A stretch of 64,000 nt of DNA. Source: Patescibacteria group bacterium. GTDB taxonomy: Bacteria; Patescibacteriota; Doudnabacteria; UBA920. Where the stretch lies: positions 765 to 64,764 of the forward strand of contig WARV01000010.1 of assembly GCA_013387205.1 (NCBI GenBank). Reading direction: 5' to 3'. Under the pieces are notes generated by a model. That model saw only the letters and a list, made by a program, of their open reading frames with translations. It had not been told where the DNA came from and searched no databases. The position numbers and the translations under genes were made by a program. Of the stretch, positions 9,235 through 18,466 are shown piece after piece (position 1 is the stretch's first letter; each line of letters starts with the position of its first letter).

Positions 9235-9948
9235 ATGGTATGCTATAATAATGGTATGCCAAGAATGAATATATTTAAAAAACAGGCTTTCAAACTCAGG
9301 TTAAAAGGTTTTTCGTATAACCTTATTCATAAAAAATTAGGGGTTGCAAAAAGTACCCTGAGCGATTGGTTTAGGGAAGTTCCCTATACCCCGAATGACC
9401 AAGTTTTGAAAAGAATTAAATTTGGCCCTCTTAGAAGCGCGGAAAAAAGGCATAACGAAAAAGTTCAAGCTATTACTGACACCAGGCAAATTGGAATTAA
9501 AGAAATAGGAAAACTTTCAAAAAGAGATCTATGGTTGCTGGGTTTAGGATTATATATCGGAGAAGGTACTAAATCGTACGAAATCATCCGTATAATTAAT
9601 TCCAACCCCGAAGTAATTAAACTAGCTGTACATTGGTTTAAAAACATCTGTTGTTTGGATGAAAAAAATATTACTATTGCTTTGCACCTATATCCGGATA
9701 ACAATGAACTTGCGTGTATAAAATTCTGGGAAAAGGTTACGGGCCTACCAAGAACTAATTTCAGAAAAACACAAATAGACAGACGAAAAGATAAAAAAGC
9801 CATAAAAAAACAAAAGTTGCCATATGGCACTGCCCATGTTACAATAGTCAGTAATGGAGATTCTGAAAAGGGAGTAAGGTTATACAGAAAAATGGAAGGT
9901 TGGATTTTAGGAGCCTTAACGCAAATTAATAATGCGGGTATCGTATAG
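9235..9948 (+). CDS. HTH-domain protein with LAGLIDADG-like motif (putative homing-endonuclease-like)
   Basis: N-terminal HTH (LKGFSYNLIHKKLGVAKSTLSDWF) and an LLGLGLYIGEGTKS motif resembling LAGLIDADG. The 3' end overlaps tRNA-Gly by about 15 nt. Confidence 0.35.
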   Translation: MVCYNNGMPRMNIFKKQAFKLRLKGFSYNLIHKKLGVAKSTLSDWFREVPYTPNDQVLKRIKFGPLRSAEKRHNEKVQAITDTRQIGIKEIGKLSKRDLWLLGLGLYIGEGTKSYEIIRIINSNPEVIKLAVHWFKNICCLDEKNITIALHLYPDNNELACIKFWEKVTGLPRTNFRKTQIDRRKDKKAIKKQKLPYGTAHVTIVSNGDSEKGVRLYRKMEGWILGALTQINNAGIV

Positions 9949-10008
9949 CGGTTATTATCTCAGTTTTCCAAACTGATGATGGGGGTTCGACTCCCCCTAC
10001 CCGCTCCA
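9934..10008 (+). tRNA. tRNA-Gly (anticodon UCC)
   Basis: Cloverleaf folds by hand: acceptor gcgggta/tacccgc, anticodon stem tcagt/actga with loop ttTCCaa, T arm ggggg-ttcgact-ccccc, U73 discriminator, CCA encoded. Confidence 0.9.
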
Positions 10009-10017
10009 GAAAATTTA

Positions 10018-10050
10018 AACCCCGCCCTTTTAAAGGGCGGGGTTCTGTAA
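10018..10050. terminator. bidirectional rho-independent terminator
   Basis: Hairpin aaaccccgccc-ttttaaa-gggcggggtt flanked by A/T runs; lies between the tRNA-Gly and hup 3' ends. Confidence 0.6.
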
Positions 10051-10102
10051 TTATTATCTGTAGGCAATCTGTAGATTCGGATATATCCGTAGATCTGTAG
10101 CT

Positions 10103-10384
10103 TTATCTCAACTTAATCGCTGCCTTAAATGCTTCACCGGCTTTGAACTTCGGGGTATTTAATTCCGGAATAGTAATCTTCTGGGAAGGGTTCCTGGGAT
10201 TTACGCCAATACGTGAAGCGCGATGCGACACGCTGAACTGGCCAAATCCGCTAATGTTCACTTTATCGCCGGTGCGCAGCGTTTCGTAAATCAAATTAAT
10301 TAAAGTGTTCAGCATCCTTTCAGCCTCGCTATGGGTAATGGAAAGTTTAGCTGCCAATTGTTCGGTAAGTTGTAGCTTATTCAT
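10103..10384 (-). CDS. hup: HU family DNA-binding protein
   Basis: 93 aa; GFGQFSV and RNPSQKITIPE arm motifs of HU/IHF. Confidence 0.9.
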   Translation of the reverse strand: MNKLQLTEQLAAKLSITHSEAERMLNTLINLIYETLRTGDKVNISGFGQFSVSHRASRIGVNPRNPSQKITIPELNTPKFKAGEAFKAAIKLR

Positions 10385-10578
10385 ATATTTTTAGGTTACT
10401 AATAAACGGTTTACTGCTCTCGGTACTGAGCTTGCCTTTATTATAAGCCATTTTTCCAGAGTTTGCCAGTGGAAAACCTCATATTTTAAACCTTTCTTAA
10501 TTTAAAAGACGGAACAAAGCGGAAATTCTTGCTGTTTGATAGTATTAGCAAAAAATTTTGCCATAAACCGATAATTTT

Positions 10579-13050
10579 TCAAATTTCTGACGGCCTGTTA
10601 TCCAAGTAAAATCTTTTTACCAAAACTGCCAAAGCCAGCAAAGATAAAATCGCTATAACCAGATATTTTATTCCAACGATTTTTTTGTTGGTTGGATTAT
10701 TTTTTCCATCACTGGCTAAAGCTTTGGTCGGCTCAATTGATGGTATTGCCAAATCATCCAGCTTGTTGTTTAAATCTACAACCTGTTGCTTTAAATTTTG
10801 AATTTCCTGCAGCATCTGTTCGCTGTTTTTTAAAGCCAGCGCGTAAGCTTTGTTTAACTCCTTGTCGCTTACGGTCTTTTTTACTGCAGATGCTTCTTTT
10901 TGCGAAGCACTGCCGGTTGCGGCAGAAAGAACCATCTCGTTAGGTTTTCCTGGCGTAGGTTTTTCTGTCCACAAATACTCGTCCCCTGCCGTCTGCGCGT
11001 AAGCCATACCCATTTCCGCTTTGCCATAAGTTACTTTGTCAATCTCCCTTCCCAAAAAGTCGGTTAAAGAAACGCTCTGGCCGGAGTTCCTTAACTTGGC
11101 CGGTAATTCATCTTCGTAAACAGCATAAAACTCCCCGGGCCTTAACACGCTCTGAGTATCCAAAATTTTACTGCTGTTTCCTAAATGCAGCACCAACCCT
11201 GCCAAAGGATACTCCTTCTCTCCGACATTTTTTATTTCCACAAATTCTTCATCATTTTTTTCAGGATACGGTAAAATTTCAGTAATGATAATTTTTGGCA
11301 GTTCAATGTCAGCTGCATTCTTTTGCCCGGGAGTCGGTATGCCATATTGCCATTTGCCCGATGAGTCTTTGCTGTAACTTTGCCCTTCCGGCGCTTTTTC
11401 AAAACCAACCTGTTCAACTAACTGCCTGGCTGGATTAAACAGCCTGACCGTATCTTTAGTATTATCCAAAGAAAATTTATCTTCCGGAATATTTAAAACA
11501 AAATAGCTTTCCGCCAAAATTATGGCTTTGTCATCTAAAGTCCAGGCAGATGAACCAATGGCACCGTCGCCATCGTCCAAAATAAAGCCTTTCAGGCTAA
11601 CATTGTCCTTGCTGCTGTTAAAAATTTCTACCCATTCTTTGCCGTCGTCAGCGCCTACGGGATTGGCCATTATCTCATTAATAAAAATTCCGGGGTTAGA
11701 AAAAATGCTTTCTGCCGGCAAAAAATTTTTCTGTCCAAGAGTCGGACTTGCCCACGCCCATTTGCCGGAAATTTTTTGCAAAGATTTTCCTTCCGGCGCA
11801 GCGTCGCTGTAGCTGGCTTTGTCAGCCAATGTTTTGTCTGTAAAATACAAGTTTGCCTCGTCCCCGCCCGTGTTGTTAAACGCAAAATAACCTTTGGGGA
11901 TAACAAAGACGGCAAACGCGCCAGGATTGATGATTGTAGGCGGCAATTGGTAAGCGTTGGATTTTACTCCGCTGTCGCTTTTATCGCCAAGGTACCAACC
12001 TCCGACGTCAACCGCTTCAGCCCCGATATTTTCCAGCTCCACCGCTTCCTTGCCGCTGTCATCGCCGGGAGGATTGGCGTAAATTTCCGAAAGTTTAATG
12101 AAACCGGGTTTGCTTTGGCTGGTCTGGACTGCCGCGCTGCTTCCGGAATTATTCTGGTTGTTTTCCTGCTGGTCTAAGGCCGGCGTAGTGGTGGAATTAT
12201 TTTGGTTATCAGTCAGCGTATCGGTGGTTGAAGTTGTTGTGGTGGCCTGGGGCGGGGTAAAATTTTCCGGAAATGTTATGGAAATATTGCGCGGGGAAGA
12301 ATTGGCAATTATGAAATTTTGCGATGGCGATAATAAATCCTGCCTAACTAGCGCTTGCCCGGCTCCGGGATTTTCCGTAGAAACCACGGTAAAGCCGTTT
12401 AACGCGCTCCCCCATGCCACGCTATCAATAATTTCTCCGCTGTCGCTTGCGCCAAGGCGGATGGCAACTCCGTTATTATCGGCAATACTCGCCGAAGTGG
12501 CCGAATCCGGCGCAATTGGAATAGCCGAATAAGAAGAGTTCGCCCACAAATAAAAACCTCGAGCCGGAATTATAGTATCGTCGGTCCAGGATTTTATCAA
12601 AGAATCCAGGCTGCCGGCAGAGGCAGTCCTTTTTACCAGCCTATAGCCTTTTAAATTAAAACTTGTATCACTTTGGTTATATAGCTCAATGAAATCGTCA
12701 GTCGTGTGTCCTGTCCCGCCGGTAATTTGGATTTGGGATATCGCTACAGAAGCAGCTGTCACCACTCCCGGCAGCAAGAAAAATATTGAAAAAAATAAAA
12801 CTGGAAGTGGTCTCAAAACTTGGCTGTAAGGCGATATTTTAGAATTTCGAGACAGTCGGGCAAAACAAATTTTGATGCTTAGCCTCCGGCTAAGCAGAGA
12901 AATTTTTATGGCCGAATGGAGCTTTAATGGCAATCTGGCTCTGCCAGTTGCCAGCTTAACCCCGAAATTATGAAATTGCAGCCAAAATGAAGTTTTGAAA
13001 CCGCTTCCTAAAAACTTTTGTTGTCCCTTGGCGCTTTTAGTACTCTCCAT
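10579..13050 (-). CDS. surface protein with four lamin-tail-domain (LTD) repeats, a low-complexity T/S/N/Q linker, a coiled coil and a C-terminal TM anchor
   Basis: LTD repeats of the form NP-GxDxGKE-VEL-N-G...DxxGW-L recur four times. The real start is probably an alternative codon near 12830, because the signal-like segment LRPLPVLFFSIFFLLPGVVTAAS lies internally. Confidence 0.7.
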   Translation of the reverse strand: MESTKSAKGQQKFLGSGFKTSFWLQFHNFGVKLATGRARLPLKLHSAIKISLLSRRLSIKICFARLSRNSKISPYSQVLRPLPVLFFSIFFLLPGVVTAASVAISQIQITGGTGHTTDDFIELYNQSDTSFNLKGYRLVKRTASAGSLDSLIKSWTDDTIIPARGFYLWANSSYSAIPIAPDSATSASIADNNGVAIRLGASDSGEIIDSVAWGSALNGFTVVSTENPGAGQALVRQDLLSPSQNFIIANSSPRNISITFPENFTPPQATTTTSTTDTLTDNQNNSTTTPALDQQENNQNNSGSSAAVQTSQSKPGFIKLSEIYANPPGDDSGKEAVELENIGAEAVDVGGWYLGDKSDSGVKSNAYQLPPTIINPGAFAVFVIPKGYFAFNNTGGDEANLYFTDKTLADKASYSDAAPEGKSLQKISGKWAWASPTLGQKNFLPAESIFSNPGIFINEIMANPVGADDGKEWVEIFNSSKDNVSLKGFILDDGDGAIGSSAWTLDDKAIILAESYFVLNIPEDKFSLDNTKDTVRLFNPARQLVEQVGFEKAPEGQSYSKDSSGKWQYGIPTPGQKNAADIELPKIIITEILPYPEKNDEEFVEIKNVGEKEYPLAGLVLHLGNSSKILDTQSVLRPGEFYAVYEDELPAKLRNSGQSVSLTDFLGREIDKVTYGKAEMGMAYAQTAGDEYLWTEKPTPGKPNEMVLSAATGSASQKEASAVKKTVSDKELNKAYALALKNSEQMLQEIQNLKQQVVDLNNKLDDLAIPSIEPTKALASDGKNNPTNKKIVGIKYLVIAILSLLALAVLVKRFYLDNRPSEI

Positions 13051-13080
13051 ATATTTTTTTATTTTTAATGATTATTTCTA

Positions 13081-13116
13081 TTCCCGGAAAACGAGCGATC
13101 GCTCGTTTTCCGGGAA
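13081..13116. repeat. perfect 36 bp palindrome ttcccggaaaacgagcgatcgctcgttttccgggaa (CGATCG core)
   Basis: Read directly; lies 10 bp 3' of the PaaX-like gene stop. Confidence 0.8.
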
Positions 13117-13126
13117 TGGGTTGGTT

Positions 13127-13681
13127 TTAAAGTTTAAAAAATTTTTTTATATTTTCATCATTATCAATCTGGTCAATACGAAAGATGCGTATATATTCAT
13201 CCAAACCTGTCTCGTATAAATACCTAATCGCATCACGATTTAAAGGATAAGGGTTTATATACACACTTCTCTGGATTTGCAAAAACCCATGATTCTTTAA
13301 CAAAATTCTCAACAATCTTCTTTTATCTTTTGCCTTCTCCGGTATGTCAAAAACCACCATCCTAAATTTTCCATCCCATTTCTCAGGTTTCTTAATATCA
13401 GCCTTTAATAACAATGTTTCCAAAACACCCTTTTTTGTTAATTTAACATACTGATAACCTTTTTCTTTGAAAATTTTTATCCAATGCTTCTGCTCCAAGG
13501 TATTTAAGATATTCAAATAACTTTTATAAGGCACATAGCCTGAAACCTGACGCTTGAAAAATGCCGTTTTGCTTTCAAAAGGTCGTGGAAATAAATCTAC
13601 CACGGCAAATAACGTCAGCAATAACTTTGCTGAATTGGTCAGCTCTCTTTCTTGTGTATTGTATTTTTTTCTTTTTTTCAT
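13127..13681 (-). CDS. winged-HTH + PaaX_C/Cas2-like domain protein (PaaX-like family), paralog 1
   Basis: The C-terminal motif W-DGKFRMVVFDIPE...R..LR..L...GFLQIQRSV..NPYP matches the PaaX C-terminal (Cas2-like) domain. Paralogous to 29713..30261. Confidence 0.5.
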   Translation of the reverse strand: MKKRKKYNTQERELTNSAKLLLTLFAVVDLFPRPFESKTAFFKRQVSGYVPYKSYLNILNTLEQKHWIKIFKEKGYQYVKLTKKGVLETLLLKADIKKPEKWDGKFRMVVFDIPEKAKDKRRLLRILLKNHGFLQIQRSVYINPYPLNRDAIRYLYETGLDEYIRIFRIDQIDNDENIKKFFKL

Positions 13682-13702
13682 GTTAATCTAGTTAATCTCT
13701 CG

Positions 13703-13738
13703 TTCCCGGATTTCGAGCGATCGCTCGTTTTCCGGGAA
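13703..13738. promoter_or_regulatory. 36 bp near-palindrome ttcccggatttcgagcgatcgctcgttttccgggaa, 22 bp upstream of the paralog-1 start codon (candidate operator)
   Basis: Same arms and core as 13081..13116 with an aaaa->attt change in one arm. Confidence 0.6.
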
Positions 13739-13795
13739 TTGGTTTTTATTTTGATAATTTTAAAAGCACTATCAAAATATGGTAGTGCTTTACTT

Positions 13796-14254
13796 CTAAA
13801 TTTTATTTTCTTCTTTGCCGTCTTCTTCCGTATCGTTGCCTTCGGGAGACATCTGCTTATACAATGTCCCCAGCACACCGTTTAGGAATTTTCCGCTGCT
13901 TTCCCCGCCAAAACTTTTTGCCAGCTCCACCGCTTCGTTAATGGCGACCTTCGGCGGCACGTCTTTTAAAAACATCAGCTCGTAAATCCCTAAGCGTAAT
14001 ACGCTCCTGTCCACTAAAGTAATTTGTTCTATTGGCCATTCCGGAGCCGTTTTGACGATAATGGCATCTATAGCCGGAAGGTTATCCACCACGCCCTGGA
14101 CCAGGGAACGTACAAAATCCGAATCAGTCAGATTTGGGGCGAACTGTTGGATATTATTTTCAATGATTGTCTTTAAATCCTCTTTCCGGTCATGGAAGTC
14201 CCATTCGAACAAGGACTGCATGGCAACAGTTCGGGATAAATGCCGGTTGGCCAT
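13796..14254 (-). CDS. nusB: transcription antitermination factor NusB
   Basis: 152 aa; conserved NusB helical-fold sequence ([17 protein letters not shown]). Confidence 0.9.
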   Translation of the reverse strand: MANRHLSRTVAMQSLFEWDFHDRKEDLKTIIENNIQQFAPNLTDSDFVRSLVQGVVDNLPAIDAIIVKTAPEWPIEQITLVDRSVLRLGIYELMFLKDVPPKVAINEAVELAKSFGGESSGKFLNGVLGTLYKQMSPEGNDTEEDGKEENKI

Positions 14255-14328
14255 TTTATAAACCTGTGACCTTTGACATGCGACATCTGGCTGCTTTCTG
14301 TCAAAGGTTAAATATCAAATGTTAAATG

Positions 14329-14499
14329 TTATTTCGTGATTTTTCTGCCTTTGTAGTAGCCGCAATTTTTGCAAGGCAAATGGGGCATTACCGGACTTCC
14401 GCAATTTTTGCAGGATGCCAAAGATTTAGCTTTTAATGCGTGATGGCTGCGGCGCTGGTCGCGTCCGCTTCTGGTCTTATGCTTCTTGGGAACTCCCAT
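14329..14499 (-). CDS. rpmF: 50S ribosomal protein L32
   Basis: MGVPKKHKTRSGRDQRRSHHALK followed by a CxxC...CxxC zinc ribbon. The real start is the internal Met of track ORF 14329..14538. Confidence 0.85.
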   Translation of the reverse strand: MGVPKKHKTRSGRDQRRSHHALKAKSLASCKNCGSPVMPHLPCKNCGYYKGRKITK

Positions 14500-14620
14500 G
14501 GATTTTCTCCGAAAATTCACCCTGAGCTTGCCTGCCACTCCGAAGCTTTAGCGGAGGGGGGTCGAAGGGTAAATAAATTTAAATATTTATATTAAGTAAA
14601 CAAATTATATCGAAAACCGG

Positions 14621-14660
14621 CAATTTTGTCAAAAGAAAGAGGCCAGGACACGCTAGCGTG
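14621..14660 (-). terminator. rho-independent terminator of the GC-rich orphan gene
   Basis: Perfect hairpin aggccaggacacgc-tagc-gcgtgtcctggcct followed on the minus strand by CUUUCUUUUG. Confidence 0.5.
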
Positions 14661-14685
14661 TCCTGGCCTTATGCATCGACTAAGG

Positions 14686-15015
14686 CTAACCCCCTGTTGC
14701 CGGCAATACATCTTCCAGCATATGAAGCTGGAAGGACCTGGTCTGCACGAGGTCTGGAGCAGGTCTGAGCCCCCTCTTTATATCTTTTCGTCTAAGCACC
14801 CCGGATTCTTTTACTCTCCCGGCTACATTAAACAACTCAGTCTCGAAAGCCGATTGTCTGGCTCTATCTTCTGTGAGGACTTCAACGGCTCCGGGAAGAG
14901 TATGGTCGATGGTACTCCCGATAAAGAGAGCCCATCTTTCCAAACCCTCGTCGGCTCGCGTTTCAACGTCCTTGCCCGTTGGTATTAACAACTCCCAACA
15001 AACATCATCTTTCAT
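14686..15015 (-). CDS. hypothetical protein in a GC-rich (about 52%) islet
   Basis: 109 aa; strong RBS AAGGAGGAAGG 7 nt upstream of ATG; own terminator. No recognisable family. Confidence 0.45.
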   Translation of the reverse strand: MKDDVCWELLIPTGKDVETRADEGLERWALFIGSTIDHTLPGAVEVLTEDRARQSAFETELFNVAGRVKESGVLRRKDIKRGLRPAPDLVQTRSFQLHMLEDVLPATGG

Positions 15016-15317
15016 TCTCTTTCCTTCCTCCTTGATGCTGAACTACATCTTGGCTACAATTACTTACAACCAAAATGCAATTTACATCATTAAATTATTT
15101 TAATGACAAATATTTTATTAGTAAAGTGGATAACTTTGTCTGTATCTGCGTAATCAGCCCCGAAGGGGCCCCTTCGGGGCGCATCCGCGATTTTCCCTCT
15201 AATCCGCCGGCGAGACAGGAAAATTAACTAAAACTTTTATCATAAGATAACAATTTTAGTTAACCTCACCAGCGGGTTAGAAAGAAAAGGTGGAAGGGAG
15301 TAGAATCAAACACGATA

Positions 15318-15443
15318 CTACTCCCTACTTTTGGGTTCATTCCATGGCAGGAATGGGAATCCAAAGATGAAATGGATGAACCTATTCAGCAGAAATACTG
15401 CCGCAGGAACTCCAAAAACCCAATAACAAATCGTTTCAGGCAT
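15318..15443 (-). CDS. small hydrophobic peptide 2 (41 aa, MPETICYWVFGVPAAVFLLNRFIHFIFGFPFLPWNEPKSRE)
   Basis: Start overlaps the peptide-1 stop (TAATG). Followed by the terminator hairpin gggagtag-N14-ctactccc plus a U-run. Confidence 0.4.
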   Translation of the reverse strand: MPETICYWVFGVPAAVFLLNRFIHFIFGFPFLPWNEPKSRE

Positions 15444-15571
15444 TAACCGTTCTCCTTCAACTCCTTGAAAATCTGCACAACTCGCCTGATCTCTTTTTTC
15501 AGCCACAATATAACAATTGCGGTAGACAGCAAGATTGCCATAACCACAACAATATATCCTGCTCTTTCCAT
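15443..15571 (-). CDS. small membrane peptide 1 (42 aa, MERAGYIVVVMAILLSTAIVILWLKKEIRRVVQIFKELKENG)
   Basis: RBS GGAGGAGG 5 nt upstream of ATG. One TM helix plus a charged tail. The track ORF 15318..15584 would translate the RBS itself. Confidence 0.4.
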   Translation of the reverse strand: MERAGYIVVVMAILLSTAIVILWLKKEIRRVVQIFKELKENG

Positions 15572-15644
15572 ATTCCTCCTCCAATCCTTTAAACCAATTT
15601 ACTACAAGAAAAACTTTTTGGCAAATTGGCTTACAGGCTTGGAG

Positions 15645-15686
15645 AAAAAATTGGAGGATAGCGCTTTCCCAGAAGCGCTATCCTCC
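15645..15686 (-). terminator. 14 bp-stem hairpin ggaggatagcgctt-N7-aagcgctatcctcc followed by a T-run on the minus strand
   Basis: Read directly; lies upstream of the small-peptide cassette. Confidence 0.4.
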
Positions 15687-16250
15687 TTAAGTTAGGAGAG
15701 GATCAAACAGCTAACGCAAAAGTATAATTCCCCTGTTGGCAAAACCTTCTTATATTAAGCTGGTTTTAAAACAAGCTCTAATTATTTCCACAATTGTGGG
15801 TCTAAAGCGATGAGGCCAAAGTATCAAGCGATACTTATAAAGTTTGCCTTCCTGTTAGGCCCACGATAGTGAAGATAATTCTACCAATCTACCAATAAAT
15901 ACTAATCTACTAATACCTACAAATCCTTTTTAGTATGCATTAGTAGGCATTGGTAGTATTCGGATAGATTCGTAGATTGGTAGATATTTGTAGAATGATA
16001 AAACCGTATATTCGATACAGGAGAATCAATAAAAAATTATTCTTGTATGCAATATACGGCTTTTAGATGCCCCCAATTCGGTTTACCGAGATTAGGAGCA
16101 CGTGGCCATTCTGCATAATTTCCTGTAAATCACACAGACTAGATTTTTGTTACAGCAATAGAGTAACCATATAATATACACTAAAACCGCCCTTTTGTCA
16201 AGACTTTGGGCGGTTTTTGTTGTTATTTTGGCTTATTTAAGCCCAATATA

Positions 16251-16571
16251 TTATCCTTGTATACCTATATCATTAAGCTGGCTGACCAATTTTTCTAACA
16301 GTATTAAAGCCTGGGTTTTATCTCCCTTTTCTTCTATCTTAATTACTTCTCCAAAGTTCATCCTGAAATCCACATTATCCTTAGAAGATAAAATAATTGA
16401 CAAAGCTTTTTCCTGCTGGTCGCTCAAGCCAATTCTCGACCATACGTACGAAAAAAGTTGCGAAGGAGAATATACTTCCCCTGGATAAGGCCTGTCGGGC
16501 AAACCTTCTACAGCCTTTGGCGGATATTCTTTCGCCTCAATGCTATTTTCTCCATTTATATATTCGGGCAT
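16251..16571 (-). CDS. hypothetical protein
   Basis: 106 aa ORF downstream of groEL; no recognisable motifs. Confidence 0.35.
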   Translation of the reverse strand: MPEYINGENSIEAKEYPPKAVEGLPDRPYPGEVYSPSQLFSYVWSRIGLSDQQEKALSIILSSKDNVDFRMNFGEVIKIEEKGDKTQALILLEKLVSQLNDIGIQG

Positions 16572-16602
16572 TTTTTTGCTTTTAATATCACGATTTCATT
16601 AT

Positions 16603-16645
16603 ATCACAAAACCCCACCCCGTAAATTTACGGGGTGGGGTTTCCT
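16603..16645 (-). terminator. groEL rho-independent terminator
   Basis: Hairpin aaaaccccaccccg-taaattta-cggggtggggttt followed by a U-run on the minus strand. Confidence 0.6.
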
Positions 16646-16687
16646 TCAGTGTTATTCCGCGTAGCTATCCGCGTGATATCCGCGATA

Positions 16688-18355
16688 CTAGTAGTCCATC
16701 CCGCCCATTCCGCCTGGCATTCCGCCGGCTGGGGCTGGAGTTTTCGACTCAGGCTTATCAACGACAATAGCTTCGGTAGTAACCAAAGTTGATGCTATTG
16801 ATACGGCATTTTCCAAAGCCAATCGGGAAACTTTGAGAGGATCGACAATGCCGGCCTTCATCATGTCCTCAACAAGGCTATCCTGCCAGTTGCCGCTGTT
16901 CTTGGAAAAATCATAACCTGCATGGCTTGGACTCTTTTCATTCTGGATATAAGAAATAATACTGGTCGGTTCAATGCCGGAATTGGCCGCAATCTGACGC
17001 AAAGGAGCTTCCAAAGAATCGCGCACCACTTTGACTCCGGCCTTTTCGGCAAAAGACAAATTTTTGCTGAGTTCTTCGAGCTTGGGGGCAATGCGGACAA
17101 AGGCTGCACCGCCTCCTGCAACAATCCCCTCTTCCACGGCAGCTTTGGTGGCATTGAGCGCGTCTTCAATTTTGAATTTCTTGGCTTTCATTTCGGTTTC
17201 AGTGAAAGCGCCAACTTTAATCACGCCCACGCCTCCTGCCAAGCGCGCCATCCTTTCCTGCAACTTTTCCTTGTCAAAATCGGAATTGGATTCTTTGTAT
17301 TCTGCCTTAATCTGGTTTACGCGGTCTTCAATGGCTTTTTTGTCGCCCTGGCCGTCGACAATCGTTGTGTTTTCTTTAGTGGCAACAACCTTGCGCGCGC
17401 GACCGAGCTGATTAAGTTCGGTCTTATCTAATTTTAATCCCAAATCTTCGGTAACAACCTGGCCGCCGGTTAAAATTGCAATGTCCTGCAACATCTCTTT
17501 GCGCCTGTCGCCAAAGCCCGGGGCTTTGACAGCTAAAACGTTAAATATGCCGCGGATCTTATTAAGCACAAATGTCGCTAAGGCTTCGCCTTCCACGTCA
17601 TCGGCAATTATCACCAAATCTTTTTTGCCGCTCTGCGCGACTTTTTCCAAAATCGGCAAAATTTCCTGGATGCTGGAAACTTTTTTGTCTGTGATTAAAA
17701 TATAAGGATCTTCCCACACAGCTTCCATGCGCTCGGTATTGGTGACCATGTACGGATTGACAAAACCCTTGTCAAAGCGCATGCCTTTAACCACTTCCTT
17801 GTTAAGGCCAGTGGTCTGCCCTTCTTCAACAGTAATAATTCCTTCATGGCCGACCTGTTCCATCATTTCCGCAATAAGTTCCCCGACTTCGGAATCCAAA
17901 GAAGCGATGGTTGCTACCTGTTTAATTTCTTCCTTGGTCTTAACATCCTTTTTGACTTTCCTTAATTCTTCCACGACAAAAGCCGCAGCCTTGTCCATGC
18001 CCTTTTTAATCTCGTTAGCCTGCGAACTTGCCAATGCTGCCGCTTCAAAGGATTTTTCAATCATTTTCTGCGCCAAAACCGTTGCGGTGGTGGTGCCATC
18101 ACCGGCTTCTTCGTTGGTTTTGTTGGCGACTTCCTGGATTAAGGACGCGCCGACGTTTTCAAACTTGTCTTCAAGCTCAATATCTTTGGCCACGGTCACG
18201 CCGTCGTCAGTAATAGTCGGGCTGCCGAAGCTCTTGTCCAAAATCACGGCCTTGCCGGTCGGACCCAAGGTTACCTTGACCGCGTTGGCTGCCGCATCAA
18301 CTCCGGCCTTAATGGCCTTTTTCGCTTCAAAACCGTATTTGATAATTTTTGCCAT
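16688..18355 (-). CDS. groL: chaperonin GroEL
   Basis: 555 aa; canonical GroEL sequence ending in the GGM repeat tail. Uses a TAG stop. Confidence 0.97.
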   Translation of the reverse strand: MAKIIKYGFEAKKAIKAGVDAAANAVKVTLGPTGKAVILDKSFGSPTITDDGVTVAKDIELEDKFENVGASLIQEVANKTNEEAGDGTTTATVLAQKMIEKSFEAAALASSQANEIKKGMDKAAAFVVEELRKVKKDVKTKEEIKQVATIASLDSEVGELIAEMMEQVGHEGIITVEEGQTTGLNKEVVKGMRFDKGFVNPYMVTNTERMEAVWEDPYILITDKKVSSIQEILPILEKVAQSGKKDLVIIADDVEGEALATFVLNKIRGIFNVLAVKAPGFGDRRKEMLQDIAILTGGQVVTEDLGLKLDKTELNQLGRARKVVATKENTTIVDGQGDKKAIEDRVNQIKAEYKESNSDFDKEKLQERMARLAGGVGVIKVGAFTETEMKAKKFKIEDALNATKAAVEEGIVAGGGAAFVRIAPKLEELSKNLSFAEKAGVKVVRDSLEAPLRQIAANSGIEPTSIISYIQNEKSPSHAGYDFSKNSGNWQDSLVEDMMKAGIVDPLKVSRLALENAVSIASTLVTTEAIVVDKPESKTPAPAGGMPGGMGGMDY

Positions 18356-18373
18356 AATATTTCTCCGAAATTT

Positions 18374-18456
18374 CTACTAAATACTAATTCTTACTAAAAG
18401 TACTAAATTTTACTTAAATGGCTTTCGTATCTTTAGTACATTTTCGTATTTAGTAG
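18374..18456. repeat. family A palindromic element in the groES-groEL intercistronic gap
   Basis: Termini ctactaaatactaa ... tatttagtagag. Joined to a conserved uucggagaaauAUG RBS segment. Confidence 0.7.
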
Positions 18457-18466
18457 AGATTATTAT

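Noticed and set aside
15318-15584. Single 88 aa ORF reading
   Set aside because: Its first codons would translate the GGAGGAGG Shine-Dalgarno itself. Two short peptides with proper RBS spacing and a TAATG overlap explain the region better.
16861-18380. Antisense ORFs inside groEL (16922..17431 +, 17727..18380 +, etc.)
   Set aside because: They are fully contained in a highly conserved gene on the opposite strand. They have no RBS and show low-complexity composition.
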